IMG/VR virus record: IMGVR_UViG_3300033463_000042
Span: 50,309-114,308 of that record
Direction: 5' to 3' (one strand)
Source: a virus
Lineage: Duplodnaviria; Caudoviricetes
Length of the DNA: 64,000 nucleotides
Shown here: positions 48,499-58,968 of the stretch, in pieces
How positions within the stretch are numbered: the first letter of the stretch is position 1
How the letters are laid out: each line of letters opens with the position of its first letter
Notes under the pieces: generated by a model
Seen by the model: the letters and a program-made list of their open reading frames with translations, nothing else
Databases searched by the model: none
What the model was told of the DNA's origin: nothing
Position numbers and translations under genes: made by a program

Positions 48499-49044
48499 TT
48501 ATTTGTATAATTCGAAAAGCTTATTGAGAACGTTTCTTATCTTCTCTTCTCTGGATCCAGGGACATCCTCTCCATCAGATTCGATAAGTTGGCCGGCAGA
48601 TATGCGAGCGTAATACGCCCAGCCATTGCCTTTCGTTCCTTCCAATACTGGCAAGCCATCTCTAATGTTGGCTGCCATTTTTAGCTTGCTTGATGCATAC
48701 TTGCAGAAGATCAAGTAAACCGAATCGTTGACGAGCTTAACGTCACGTTCAGTATCTGAATCATACTTGAACTCTTCTTGTATCAATGCCTGCACGTCAA
48801 GCAGTACCCTACCAGGTGCTGGAACGTTGGTGGATACAACTGTGTTAGCTTCAGCTTTGAACTCAACTTCGCCCAGAATAATCTGAGTGATTGTCGCCAG
48901 GTCTTCTCTGACATCAACAGACATACCTGATGTGAAATAGATGACTGTATCATCTATGTTGTCGACCATGTTAGTGACATTGTTGATATTAACCAATGTT
49001 GGTCTACCGCTTCTGCTTGTTAATTTAATGAACTGATTTGCCAT
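48499..49044 (-). CDS. Protein with N-terminal FlbD/SwrD-like domain and unknown C-terminal domain (start MANQFI)
   Basis: FIKLTSRSGRPTLVNINNV...DTVIYFTSG.SVDVREDL..I resembles the FlbD consensus; RBS AAGGAGG. Confidence 0.6.
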   Translation of the reverse strand: MANQFIKLTSRSGRPTLVNINNVTNMVDNIDDTVIYFTSGMSVDVREDLATITQIILGEVEFKAEANTVVSTNVPAPGRVLLDVQALIQEEFKYDSDTERDVKLVNDSVYLIFCKYASSKLKMAANIRDGLPVLEGTKGNGWAYYARISAGQLIESDGEDVPGSREEKIRNVLNKLFELYK

Positions 49045-49118
49045 AATTTCCTCCTTACCCATGAAAGGGCTGTCAAAAGATTGATTGTTTGTAGAGATAT
49101 CTTCTATCTCTTTCATAT

Positions 49119-49133
49119 TAATAATATATATGT
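49119..49133 (-). promoter_or_regulatory. Putative early promoter ACATATATATTATTA
   Basis: Recurrent motif. Confidence 0.7.
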
Positions 49134-49190
49134 AGAAAGTCAAAATAATAGCTCGTAGCATACAAAAAATAAGAAAAAAAGAAAGCGGGC

Positions 49191-49835
49191 TTACACCCGC
49201 TTATTATTAAGACATGTATATACCTGGTTTTGTATGAACTGACTCATACCAGGTTTCTCTTTTTTACTACTGTCGTACATAATGTTTCGTGTTGATTCGA
49301 TAACAAGATTGATATCCTGGATTGGTGTGAGATCATATTGACGACAACTTTTTGTACAAAGATTTATGTTGTGTTTGCAGTAGTGATAATATGGTATAAA
49401 GTTTGGATCAGTATTGGGTCGATGGATGTGTCCGTGGATATTATAATCCACGATATCTTCGTATCCTGTTAAATCCACTGATGTGTGTGATAACAGGATC
49501 TTTTTAGATCTTATATTGAGTATTGTTGCGAACTTTACTTTTTCAAATCCAAGGTCATTATAGAATTTATCTTGTACTGTGTCATTGTTTCCACGAATGA
49601 ATATGTTTCTACCGTTCTTTATTTTGTTTCGTATTATATTCCATATGAACATTTCGTAATAATCGTTATATGGATCAATCTCTTCATCCATGAGGTCTCC
49701 CAGATAGATGAGCTGGTCCTGATCTGTCAATTCAGGCCATTCATGAACTCTATCGAGAGCCTCCTGGTTGATGTATATGGTTCCGTCTTTGTATTTTATT
49801 AAATGTAAATCACTTGCTAAATAGATCATACTCAT
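49191..49835 (-). CDS. Calcineurin-like metallophosphoesterase
   Basis: SDLH, LGD, RGNND, LSH, HGHIH motifs. Confidence 0.88.
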   Translation of the reverse strand: MSMIYLASDLHLIKYKDGTIYINQEALDRVHEWPELTDQDQLIYLGDLMDEEIDPYNDYYEMFIWNIIRNKIKNGRNIFIRGNNDTVQDKFYNDLGFEKVKFATILNIRSKKILLSHTSVDLTGYEDIVDYNIHGHIHRPNTDPNFIPYYHYCKHNINLCTKSCRQYDLTPIQDINLVIESTRNIMYDSSKKEKPGMSQFIQNQVYTCLNNKRV

Positions 49836-50386
49836 TCCTCCTTTTTGGAATTGTATTTCATTTTTTCGAATTTCTCTTTAGTACTAATTTCTGGTGGTAC
49901 TTTATCATCAAGATCTAATGTGTTAAGTATATGATATAATTCTCGAGCCTTACCCCATCCGAAACCCCGTATACTACAGAATTTCTTCGGCTGTTGCAAA
50001 AGTTCAACAAGTTCACCCAACGTTTCTATACCATTATCAATTAAGCGATCTGTCGCAAATCCAGTGCAATCCAGATCATATAGCAATGTTTCCATTGGAA
50101 CATGCTTCTTGTGTCTATTGATCTCGATTATTAAATCTGGATATCTCGATTCGTCAATATCCGTATTGTCGAATATATACTGCCATGCCGCACCGGCAAC
50201 GGCGGATAATAATATTCGTGACGTTGTTGACAGACCACCCATTCTATCGATATCAACCGCTTTGGTATCGATAAGATGGATTTTGCTTAGTTTATTAAGC
50301 TCGGTGAAATCTTCATTAGCGGCCCATGTTATTTCACCAATACGCAATGGATGATATGCAAATCTGATTTCTATTTTTGTTTTCAT
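49832..50386 (-). CDS. Protein with C-terminal RNA polymerase alpha-CTD-like (HhH) domain
   Basis: LLYDLD..GFATDRLIDNGIETLGELV......SIRGFGWGKAREL parallels alpha-CTD I.DL.LS.R..NCL...GI.T.GDL.......RNLG.KS..E. Confidence 0.6.
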   Translation of the reverse strand: MKTKIEIRFAYHPLRIGEITWAANEDFTELNKLSKIHLIDTKAVDIDRMGGLSTTSRILLSAVAGAAWQYIFDNTDIDESRYPDLIIEINRHKKHVPMETLLYDLDCTGFATDRLIDNGIETLGELVELLQQPKKFCSIRGFGWGKARELYHILNTLDLDDKVPPEISTKEKFEKMKYNSKKEE

Positions 50387-50437
50387 ATGTACCTCCTACC
50401 CTAACGGGTTGTCAAAGATTGTTTATTCTTATCACAT

Positions 50438-50452
50438 TAATAATATATATTT
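50438..50452 (-). promoter_or_regulatory. Putative early promoter AAATATATATTATTA
   Basis: Recurrent motif. Confidence 0.7.
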
Positions 50453-50478
50453 GGAAGGTAAAAATAGTCCTTTAATTC

Positions 50479-50500
50479 GAGTGGGGCCGAAGCCCCACTC
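50479..50500 (-). terminator. Intrinsic terminator
   Basis: gagtggggc-cgaa-gccccactc (UUCG loop on the minus strand). Confidence 0.8.
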
Positions 50501-50533
50501 AAACCAAGGAAGATTTTCGAATGAAAGAAGTGC

Positions 50534-51985
50534 TCATGATTTGATGTCCGGTAACTGTTTTATGTCGTCATGTGATCCAGGGAAGTAAGGTATTAATGAT
50601 CTACGTTTATTACCCCAAGTTCTAAACATACGAGCCTGACGTACATAGTCTGTTATATCATAATACCATGTTTCCTTTCCTCTATCTCTGAGTCGACCGT
50701 AGATTTGTTCTACGATAATAGGAGATGAGAACTGATCAAAGTTAACAACAGCGCCAAGATTCTTTACATCAACACCTGTACCCATTGACAATGTCGTTGA
50801 CAATATGAAGTCACTTTCCATAGCTTGTCTTCTTGTTGCCAGAGACATCGAACCGTCTACACCAGCTACAGTGTATTGTGCAAAGAAAGGATCGTTTTGT
50901 ACAACTTCTAATACTTTATCGATTATTGATAATAATGGAACGAGTAACAATACCTTTGCATCATATGTCATATTCTTCTTAGCAACCTTCATCATGTATA
51001 TGAGGTTATTTAAGAATGGTATTCCATGATGATAATCCATGAGCATGTTGTAATAAGTAGCTTTAATTAAACCCTTACTACCATATTTGAAATGCTCCGC
51101 ACATAATCTGTTTGATGGATAATAGTAAATATCCTGGAAGTATACGTTAACGTATTGCTTCTGGTATTCTTCATACTTAGCATTACCAACGAATCTCTGT
51201 GCATCAGATAATGCTCTATTAAGAATATTATCTTCTAACACATCAGATCTACCAAGTGTTGCAGAAAGATACCAGTTGTATTTGATGTTACATATAGCAT
51301 CAAATTTGAGTATACCTTTCAAATGAAGATGTGCTTCATCGACAACCTTGATACCAAATCCCGATTTAGAAACGACATTCATCAGACCTTTCCAGTCTTT
51401 TCTCAATTCATTCTCAATAGAAGAAATTGTAACAACACATACTTTCCTATTGGGAGCATCGTATATGTCAGTCGCTATATCGCTTCGTGGTACACCAACA
51501 CCTTCAAACTCTTCACACCACTGATTTTTCAGTAATGATGTAGGTGCAACTATCAACGGTTTCAATTGTATCTTTGAAATCGCATATGTTGCGATAAAGG
51601 TCTTTCCTGTACCTGGCTTAAGTTCGACAGTAGTCTTACCACCTTTATTATTGGGATTTGTCAGCATCCTAATACAGTCTTCCTGTAAAGGAGAACGAGG
51701 TTGTCTGTTCATTTCCAGCGTTATTGGTTGAGGAGTCATTGGTTGTATAACACTGGGACGTGGTAATTGATTTATGAGTGGATCTCCTATGGTTAAGAAA
51801 CCTGATGAAATATAAATGACATCATGTTCCATTCCAAATATAGGAGGCTTACTTCTGTCATTGCCAGAATATATAAAGAATTCTCTCAAAGGATTAACAA
51901 GAGAAAAGTACTGGAGTACCTTTCTCTTGACAACATTATCAGGATTATGAATAATGAGACCCGTTGTTGTACGTTCAAGTTTCAT
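50534..51985 (-). CDS. Superfamily 2 (DEAH/UvsW-like) helicase
   Basis: PGTGKT, VDEAH, SAT, GTGVD, QIYGRLR. Confidence 0.9.
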   Translation of the reverse strand: MKLERTTTGLIIHNPDNVVKRKVLQYFSLVNPLREFFIYSGNDRSKPPIFGMEHDVIYISSGFLTIGDPLINQLPRPSVIQPMTPQPITLEMNRQPRSPLQEDCIRMLTNPNNKGGKTTVELKPGTGKTFIATYAISKIQLKPLIVAPTSLLKNQWCEEFEGVGVPRSDIATDIYDAPNRKVCVVTISSIENELRKDWKGLMNVVSKSGFGIKVVDEAHLHLKGILKFDAICNIKYNWYLSATLGRSDVLEDNILNRALSDAQRFVGNAKYEEYQKQYVNVYFQDIYYYPSNRLCAEHFKYGSKGLIKATYYNMLMDYHHGIPFLNNLIYMMKVAKKNMTYDAKVLLLVPLLSIIDKVLEVVQNDPFFAQYTVAGVDGSMSLATRRQAMESDFILSTTLSMGTGVDVKNLGAVVNFDQFSSPIIVEQIYGRLRDRGKETWYYDITDYVRQARMFRTWGNKRRSLIPYFPGSHDDIKQLPDIKS

Positions 51986-51999
51986 TTAAATCACCATCC

Positions 52000-54432
52000 T
52001 TAGAATGTTTCTTCAGTTGCTTCTTCTAATCCAGAATCGAGGATGTTTTCAGAAGTACTTGTTTCCTTCATTGCGAGCTTATTAGCTTCATCACGAGCCT
52101 GATCAACAAGATCATCGAAATGATCTATGTCTATCTGAGGTATGTATTCATGAAGTACCAGCTTCTTGAACTGACGTGCAACCTCTGTTGGCTTACCGTC
52201 CTTGTCTTCGACCTCATCTTGTCTCATGAATGTTTCCATAAGTACATCCAACAACGATTTGAAGTTGTTAACCATTTCAACAGTAACATCGAGTGTCTTA
52301 CGAGCAGGCATTCTGAGTACATACTTAAGATTCTTAAGTATAACAGGATCTATATCAGTTTCCCATCTCAGCATCTTACGATAAAGCTTCGTGATATCTC
52401 TGTTGAGATCGATCTTATATGAAGCAATCATAGAATTAAATCTTGTGTTAGCCAACTCAGTTTCCTTGGCAAATTCAATCTGAGATTCACCACCTGTCTG
52501 AACCATCAATGACGGCACAGGAGTTGAGTTGATAGATTCATTCTTAAGCTTCTCTAACAGATCATTGTTGATTGGTGCTTCTGATGCAGGAATTGTGTCA
52601 AATGTAACAGGAGGTTTATCTCCAGCACCCATAGGCATCATTAATTCAGAATATCCAGAGACCTTTGTAATAGAACTTCTATAGTTGAAGATATCATTTA
52701 CAGTAACACGACGGGAAGCGAACTTTCTGATTGCTTCATTTATAATATCCTGATAGTTCTTATCAAGACCACTCATGTTGATATTATAAACTCTGACAGT
52801 TGAGTTGTTGATCTGATAAAGGATTGAATAGAGTTTGAGAAACATGTACATTCTTGCCGTTACCAGTCCTGGCTCAAGCATTGAATGACCCTTACCGATG
52901 CCATCCTTGTTGATAGTACACTGGATGACATGTTCAGCAGGAATGAATATGAATCTCAACATGGAGTCATTGAACTTATGAGCTTCAAGTATGGATACTA
53001 TCTGCTGATGAAGTGCAATGTTATCTCTCATGAATTTGAGATTGAAGTTATTGATGATCTTGGAAGCAAGTTTCTCACAGAACATTCTGTCTGGAGAGAA
53101 TGTATCATATCCAACAGAAGGTGATCTGAGAGTATAACCAGTGAGTCCAGAGTTCTTTCTTTCACCTGCTTCTTCAGGACGAGTCATATCGGAAATGTAG
53201 TAATAACCGATAATGTTTCTATCAACACGAATAGGAATAAGTTTTGTAGCAGGAAGTATCTTAAGATAAACACCCTTGACATTTTCGAATTCCTTGCCAT
53301 ATGTAGTATTATCGTATTCATCATCTCTACTGTTATCATCATCAGCTTCCATGTACATCTTGTTGTGCATTACCTTTTCAAAGATATTGTCAACTTCCTG
53401 AACGTATCCTTCTGCATCATGATACTTGGTTCTGTAGACCATACGAAGATCATGTTCAGATTCCTCAATAACAGGAAGCGCTATATCTTTTTCGATGTAA
53501 TGGATGTTATCTGTGATATGATTGATGTTATTAACAATCTTCTGATCACTTTCCTGTGTCAGTTGATTATTAACTGAACCATCTTCATTGAATACTTTAG
53601 CATGGAACATTGGTTCAACTTCCATGATTTCAGATTCACTGAATACAGCACTCTCAGTATAGATACCTTGTTTCTTACCATTCTTCTTATATGGAGAATT
53701 GTTATTAGCATCATTCACAACAGTATCAGTCAATGATATTTCATATGCAGATTCACCATAACCGAAACCATGCATGATGGATGAGGTATCCATAGTAGAG
53801 AAGTTTAACGCAGAATTATTTCCATTGCTCTTGTCAGATGTCTTGTATTTATACAGATCTGAGAAGACTTTTGCATATGGAATACAGTAAACATATCCTT
53901 CACCATATTCCAGTGTGTTGAACACAACGTGGTTCTTTATGATAGAATGGAGATCAAGTCTGTCTTCAACTTCCTCAACCTTTGATATTACGTTATCGAT
54001 CTCATTGTCTTCCAATTGTGATCGATCAAATTTGATATCACGAGCCATCGTTCCATCAACAATATCAACTTCACAAATAGCATCTCGTGTTATTTGCAAT
54101 GCTGTAAACCATTCAGGTATCTGCGAGATTACAAGATCAAGGTCTTGTCTCAACGCTATATCTGCAATGGTATTTACAGGTAAGAATGCAGCATCACGTA
54201 ATTCAGAAGGGAGTTCATCCAGTTCGAATTTACCATCCTTCTTATCGGGTAACTTAAGCTTTGCCATCTTTTCAACAAAGCTCATATCAGTCTTAAGACC
54301 GTATTCATTCAATACATTTGCGATTGTCTCATTTATTTTATCCTTACTAACCGCAATGTTATCTTCAGGATCAAGTCCTGTGACATCTTTGAATAGAGGA
54401 TTAATTAACTGATCATCCAAAGTATTAGGCAT
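52000..54432 (-). CDS. Portal protein (jumbo-phage type)
   Basis: T4 gp20-like pattern (TLEYGEGY, G.SMLE...ARMY..L.L, VRVYNI); 810 aa; structural operon context. Confidence 0.65.
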   Translation of the reverse strand: MPNTLDDQLINPLFKDVTGLDPEDNIAVSKDKINETIANVLNEYGLKTDMSFVEKMAKLKLPDKKDGKFELDELPSELRDAAFLPVNTIADIALRQDLDLVISQIPEWFTALQITRDAICEVDIVDGTMARDIKFDRSQLEDNEIDNVISKVEEVEDRLDLHSIIKNHVVFNTLEYGEGYVYCIPYAKVFSDLYKYKTSDKSNGNNSALNFSTMDTSSIMHGFGYGESAYEISLTDTVVNDANNNSPYKKNGKKQGIYTESAVFSESEIMEVEPMFHAKVFNEDGSVNNQLTQESDQKIVNNINHITDNIHYIEKDIALPVIEESEHDLRMVYRTKYHDAEGYVQEVDNIFEKVMHNKMYMEADDDNSRDDEYDNTTYGKEFENVKGVYLKILPATKLIPIRVDRNIIGYYYISDMTRPEEAGERKNSGLTGYTLRSPSVGYDTFSPDRMFCEKLASKIINNFNLKFMRDNIALHQQIVSILEAHKFNDSMLRFIFIPAEHVIQCTINKDGIGKGHSMLEPGLVTARMYMFLKLYSILYQINNSTVRVYNINMSGLDKNYQDIINEAIRKFASRRVTVNDIFNYRSSITKVSGYSELMMPMGAGDKPPVTFDTIPASEAPINNDLLEKLKNESINSTPVPSLMVQTGGESQIEFAKETELANTRFNSMIASYKIDLNRDITKLYRKMLRWETDIDPVILKNLKYVLRMPARKTLDVTVEMVNNFKSLLDVLMETFMRQDEVEDKDGKPTEVARQFKKLVLHEYIPQIDIDHFDDLVDQARDEANKLAMKETSTSENILDSGLEEATEETF

Positions 54433-54453
54433 TCTTACTTCACACTCCTTTCA

Positions 54454-56517
54454 TTATAATGTGCTTCCGTATAATCTATCTGCCATGCTCTGTACTTCAT
54501 TAACAAGTTCTTTAGCGGCCTTTTCAAGCGATTCTTCCATATCCTTGACAAGATTATTGTAAGCAACGATGTTTGTCGATACGTTATCAATCTGAGTATT
54601 TGTGATACCCAAGTTGTATTTGTTATCAAGTTCAAGCTTAGGAATATTCATGAATCTCAGTTGAGGTGCCATTACCAGTTTAGACTTATCCAAAGGATCT
54701 GGTCTAGAGTTCTCCATTACAATGTAAGGTGAACCTGTAAACATTCCTGCAGCACCAAGATACTTAGGAAGTATAGCATCATTTCCACCCTGAGTCTTTC
54801 TGGGATCATCTCTAAGTAAGAAAGGTAAAGAACTTGTAATTTCATTAACAGCAATCTTTCCAAGGTCTGTGGTTAAACCAGCATCGTGATTGAATTCAAC
54901 AAGAGTCTTGTTGTTGTTTTCCAATCTATAATGATACTTAAATGATATGGTTGTGCTAACTTGAGTTATCGGTGCATTATTGGATGTGTCCAGTGTTGGT
55001 GATGCTGATATAGGATAGATTCCATAATACTTACACCAATACAATATCTTCGTACCAGTCTCATTAGTAATAATATCATACATCGAAGCACAGTACTCAA
55101 GAGCTCTATCGTATGGATGCATTCTAGTAAACTGTTTGTTTGTCAACGGTCCGGACAACTTTTCACCATTTACTTTGAAACTGTTATCTCGAGCATATCC
55201 ATTATAAGGAGGAAGGAATATACCCTTCTGACGTTTATACATATATAGCATCCATAAACGAGCCATCTCAAATATCTCAAGATTCTTTGTATCGGTGAAC
55301 TGTAGATCTATTGTTGAACCTTGACGGCTATCAACAAACTGTGCAGGTGTTACAGTGTATCCTTCGATACTCTTACCAACACTTTCTTGAACAGTCATGG
55401 TTGACGGAGCAACACCCAGACCCTGAACACGATTACTGAATAAGAAATTCCAGTTACTTCCATCGATATCATCTTCGTTTACCATGGCTTTGAATTGATT
55501 CTGCATTGTAGGATATGATCCAGTAACATACCATGGTGACAGAAGCTTTAATATATGAGGCATTCTAGTAAATGCAGATGAGAAATCTTCATCATAGAAT
55601 GCTTGATTACACAGACCAATGTTATTACCTTCACGGAATGTCAGATAACATTCGGGACGAGTGAAGAATATATAACGAAATCCCTTACGCCATTCCTGAT
55701 CAGCGATCGGAATACGTGTTCTGTTATAAGCATTGAATAAGGATGAGTCCGCAATAGGATCTTTGAAATCCTTATTCATTCTATATGCGTTATAGTCTGC
55801 GGATATAGGTGGTGCTAAGCCAGAGTTAGCAGCTTCTTTCTTAAGACGATTGTCTTCATATACACCATATGTACCAGCCTTGAGTATCTCATCAGCAATA
55901 GGTTTATTGCGGGCATTCACATATGTAGTAGCACCAGAGAATACACCAAATTCTTTCTTTTGATTAGTAAGACCAGAATAACCTGTCCTGGTTACACGTT
56001 GATCTTCATCAGCAAGAGGTTCTTTACCAGCACCCATGTCACCTATTCCCTGAGGAACATCTCTGGTGAAATGGTCTAATCTGTTTTTAATGAAGAACTC
56101 TGGTTCATTGTATATAACAGGATTACCATCTTTATCAACAGAATGAACACCTCTACGTATTTTCTGACCATAGATAGGGTTACCATTAGCATCATAACCA
56201 AAGAAATCATTCTTGCTTCTATGTTCACTACCAGCACCTAGACGATGGTCAACTGCAGCTTGGAATATCTGTTCTTCTTGGGTGTCGGCTCTACCAGTTA
56301 CCTTACCAATTTCTGTAACTGGTGCTGCTGTGTATCTTGGTCCTTTTGATATAGGATATTCCTGTCCAAAGGGTCTTTCGCCAAGATGTTGTTCATTGGG
56401 AAGATTGAATTGGTTTACGTCAGCATATCCTGTATTGGGTTCACCAATGTATTCTCTAGGAGAAAGAATCTTTTCCGTTTTACCAGCGACATACTGGTTG
56501 TCTTTATCTTCAGCCAT
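54454..56517 (-). CDS. Virion structural protein with tube-like domain (baseplate/tube initiator candidate)
   Basis: YIFFTRP, LQFTDT...W..Y, YWCKYYGIYP tube-fold-like pattern. Confidence 0.5.
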   Translation of the reverse strand: MAEDKDNQYVAGKTEKILSPREYIGEPNTGYADVNQFNLPNEQHLGERPFGQEYPISKGPRYTAAPVTEIGKVTGRADTQEEQIFQAAVDHRLGAGSEHRSKNDFFGYDANGNPIYGQKIRRGVHSVDKDGNPVIYNEPEFFIKNRLDHFTRDVPQGIGDMGAGKEPLADEDQRVTRTGYSGLTNQKKEFGVFSGATTYVNARNKPIADEILKAGTYGVYEDNRLKKEAANSGLAPPISADYNAYRMNKDFKDPIADSSLFNAYNRTRIPIADQEWRKGFRYIFFTRPECYLTFREGNNIGLCNQAFYDEDFSSAFTRMPHILKLLSPWYVTGSYPTMQNQFKAMVNEDDIDGSNWNFLFSNRVQGLGVAPSTMTVQESVGKSIEGYTVTPAQFVDSRQGSTIDLQFTDTKNLEIFEMARLWMLYMYKRQKGIFLPPYNGYARDNSFKVNGEKLSGPLTNKQFTRMHPYDRALEYCASMYDIITNETGTKILYWCKYYGIYPISASPTLDTSNNAPITQVSTTISFKYHYRLENNNKTLVEFNHDAGLTTDLGKIAVNEITSSLPFLLRDDPRKTQGGNDAILPKYLGAAGMFTGSPYIVMENSRPDPLDKSKLVMAPQLRFMNIPKLELDNKYNLGITNTQIDNVSTNIVAYNNLVKDMEESLEKAAKELVNEVQSMADRLYGSTL

Positions 56518-56537
56518 GTTATGTCACCTCCGTTCAT

Positions 56538-57488
56538 TTAGTCAATATTCATATTTGACAATATGGATATAGCCTTCTTACATGGCATAGCAACAGTCTT
56601 GTTGAGACTGTATGATGTAATTGCACTCTTGTAAGATGCTGAAGTAACCAATAAGAAGAGATATGCTATATTCTCCAACGCAAATATGAGTGATGCTCCA
56701 CATGTAGCAGTGAAGTATGTCATATACATTGAATCGATATTCTTATATCTTATTGGGTTAATCTTCTGAATCATCTTGAGCAATCCCATGAATGTTTTAT
56801 CTGGATTGGATATAACATCATCCATTACAGCATTTATCATTGCCGGATCAGGAGTATCCTGAAGTAATCTCTTAAAAGGTATAGAATCAATCGTAAGAGA
56901 CTGATCTGGTCTAAACATGTTATAGAAATGCACGATAACATATACCATAGCCTTTGTAAGATTATCACCTTTCATATACAGTCTCTGCTCCAATGGAGCT
57001 ATAGCCATAAGAGTATAGATGTTACACAAAGTTAACATTAACTGACTATTCATTACGAAGACTGTGGGTGCTTTTTGCATCTCCAGTGCAATATAAGCTG
57101 CCTCCAAGACCGTCATTATATTAACATACTCTGATGAAGCTGCTATGTTATTAACAACTTTATCGGCAAAAATGTATGCTACCGGACGTTCGTTTTGACG
57201 TACTATAATGAAGGGTAATGTTGGAGGTATTTTAGATGTAGCTTTATTGAAGATGATCTTTATGTCACCTTTAATAGCAGCATCTACGGCTTTCCTTGCA
57301 ATGGTATCACCGTTAAGTTTTATCAATGCAAAGATTTCTTTTAGTGTGTCTGGAGACACGAGTGTTTCTTTGGAGCCTTTTATTTCAGCTTTGATATTGT
57401 TTGAGAGTCCTGTTGTTTCATCGAACTTTTGGAACAACGAGGTCTCTGTAAGCTTTGGAATAGCTGCTTCCATTACAGGACTAAACAT
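56538..57488 (-). CDS. Hypothetical protein, probably structural (316 aa)
   Basis: First gene of the portal operon. Confidence 0.65.
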   Translation of the reverse strand: MFSPVMEAAIPKLTETSLFQKFDETTGLSNNIKAEIKGSKETLVSPDTLKEIFALIKLNGDTIARKAVDAAIKGDIKIIFNKATSKIPPTLPFIIVRQNERPVAYIFADKVVNNIAASSEYVNIMTVLEAAYIALEMQKAPTVFVMNSQLMLTLCNIYTLMAIAPLEQRLYMKGDNLTKAMVYVIVHFYNMFRPDQSLTIDSIPFKRLLQDTPDPAMINAVMDDVISNPDKTFMGLLKMIQKINPIRYKNIDSMYMTYFTATCGASLIFALENIAYLFLLVTSASYKSAITSYSLNKTVAMPCKKAISILSNMNID

Positions 57489-57528
57489 AGAATCACTTGC
57501 CTTTCTTTGTTAATGAATATATGAATTG

Positions 57529-57554
57529 TTTTAACTATAATATTACAGTTAAAA
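57529..57554. promoter_or_regulatory. 26-bp near-perfect palindrome between divergent structural operons
   Basis: ttttaact-a-taatatta-c-agttaaaa. Confidence 0.6.
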
Positions 57555-57581
57555 GATTATCAAGCTGTGTTAGGAGGTTGA

Positions 57582-58889
57582 ATGAATATGGCAGAAGCTT
57601 ATTCTACGTTGTATAAACCACGTTTTGCTCTTGGCTTTCCACATACGGACATAGACGAATTCATTGAGGTGTCAAATTCTGATATAGTATCAATATCATT
57701 TATTCATAATTATGATGTGACATTATATCCAATAATTCGCGTTCGTTTATATACAGACATATCCACTTTAGAAACAATTACGACATATCCTGATGATTTA
57801 TGGATGCTTCTTAATTTGAACGGAAATGTTTATAATATGAACAAAAATGAAGATAGTGATGGAAATGGTTCACTGCAAATTGTTGACGGTAGTAAGAATT
57901 ATGATGTAGCACTTAAAGCATATATCGAAAACAAAAACACACTTACATCAAAGATGGATCAGTATGACCACGGCATTAAGAAAACCTCGGCTTTAAATGA
58001 AAATGTTAAAGTACCAATTACATTATACGGATATGATCAGCAAATGATAAATTCAATGAAATACCAAGCACAGGGTATCTATAAGAATATGGATATAACA
58101 TCCATAATTGAAGCTGTTACTGATATTTGTCCTTGTAGTTTGGATATGGATCCCGTACAAAACCAGACTAAATATGATCAAATTCTTTTGCCGAATGTAA
58201 GTGTTAGAGACACACTGATGTTCTTTGATATGAAATATGGTTTGTATCCTAAAGGCGGTAACATGTATTGTGACTATCATAAATTGTATGTGGTTGATAC
58301 AGATGTAAATGCTGGTGATACACCTATTCCAATATATGTTGAAAGTTATAAGAGTGCATCAGATTCATCCGGTTTGAGAAAGTATGCTAATACAAATCCA
58401 AAGTATATGTTTAATACAAAAGCAAACAATGTATCCGTACTTACTGAAACAGATGTCGAAAAGACATTAAACTCATGGGTCATTCAGGATATTAACGTGA
58501 ATACAACTGAAGCGCATAATGCACTACTATCAAAGATTTATACAGAATCTGAAATAGATTCATTTAAACGTATAGACGAAAACAAAAACATTGAGTTGAG
58601 TGTAAATACGCATACACCAGATACACTTCATAAGTTCGTTAGTCCTTATGTGTCATCAACTAATGCTGCACGTATAACAGAAAGAGTTACACGTGTTGAT
58701 GTATCGGGTGTTGGATTTGATGTATTTAGAATCACTCCTCGTTCAAGATTTAATCTTATATTTGAATCACCTATTCGAGGAATGAGTATCAACCAGCTCT
58801 ACAGAGCATCATCAATAGTTCATACTTTTAGTAATCTCAGTTCAGATTTGTTTGTTGCTCAAACTACAATGCATTTGTGTACAAACTAA
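57582..58889 (+). CDS. Putative baseplate hub-like virion protein (435 aa)
   Basis: RBS AGGAGG; YDQILLP...YGLY and C-terminal YR....HTF pattern reminiscent of hub proteins. Confidence 0.45.
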   Translation: MNMAEAYSTLYKPRFALGFPHTDIDEFIEVSNSDIVSISFIHNYDVTLYPIIRVRLYTDISTLETITTYPDDLWMLLNLNGNVYNMNKNEDSDGNGSLQIVDGSKNYDVALKAYIENKNTLTSKMDQYDHGIKKTSALNENVKVPITLYGYDQQMINSMKYQAQGIYKNMDITSIIEAVTDICPCSLDMDPVQNQTKYDQILLPNVSVRDTLMFFDMKYGLYPKGGNMYCDYHKLYVVDTDVNAGDTPIPIYVESYKSASDSSGLRKYANTNPKYMFNTKANNVSVLTETDVEKTLNSWVIQDINVNTTEAHNALLSKIYTESEIDSFKRIDENKNIELSVNTHTPDTLHKFVSPYVSSTNAARITERVTRVDVSGVGFDVFRITPRSRFNLIFESPIRGMSINQLYRASSIVHTFSNLSSDLFVAQTTMHLCTN

Positions 58890-58900
58890 AAAAAAAAATA

Positions 58901-58924
58901 ACAGCGGGGCAAACGCCCCGCTGC
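58901..58924. terminator. Bidirectional terminator
   Basis: cagcggggc-aaac-gccccgctg between convergent genes. Confidence 0.8.
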
Positions 58925-58968
58925 TTTATATAGATTATATGTGCTTACGCGTAATCACACATATTTGA

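Noticed and set aside
52000-54432. Chimallin (nuclear shell) candidate among the large unknown ORFs
   Set aside because: This ORF fits portal better and lies in a structural operon; I recognise no ORF in the window as chimallin, but a remote homolog cannot be excluded without structure searches
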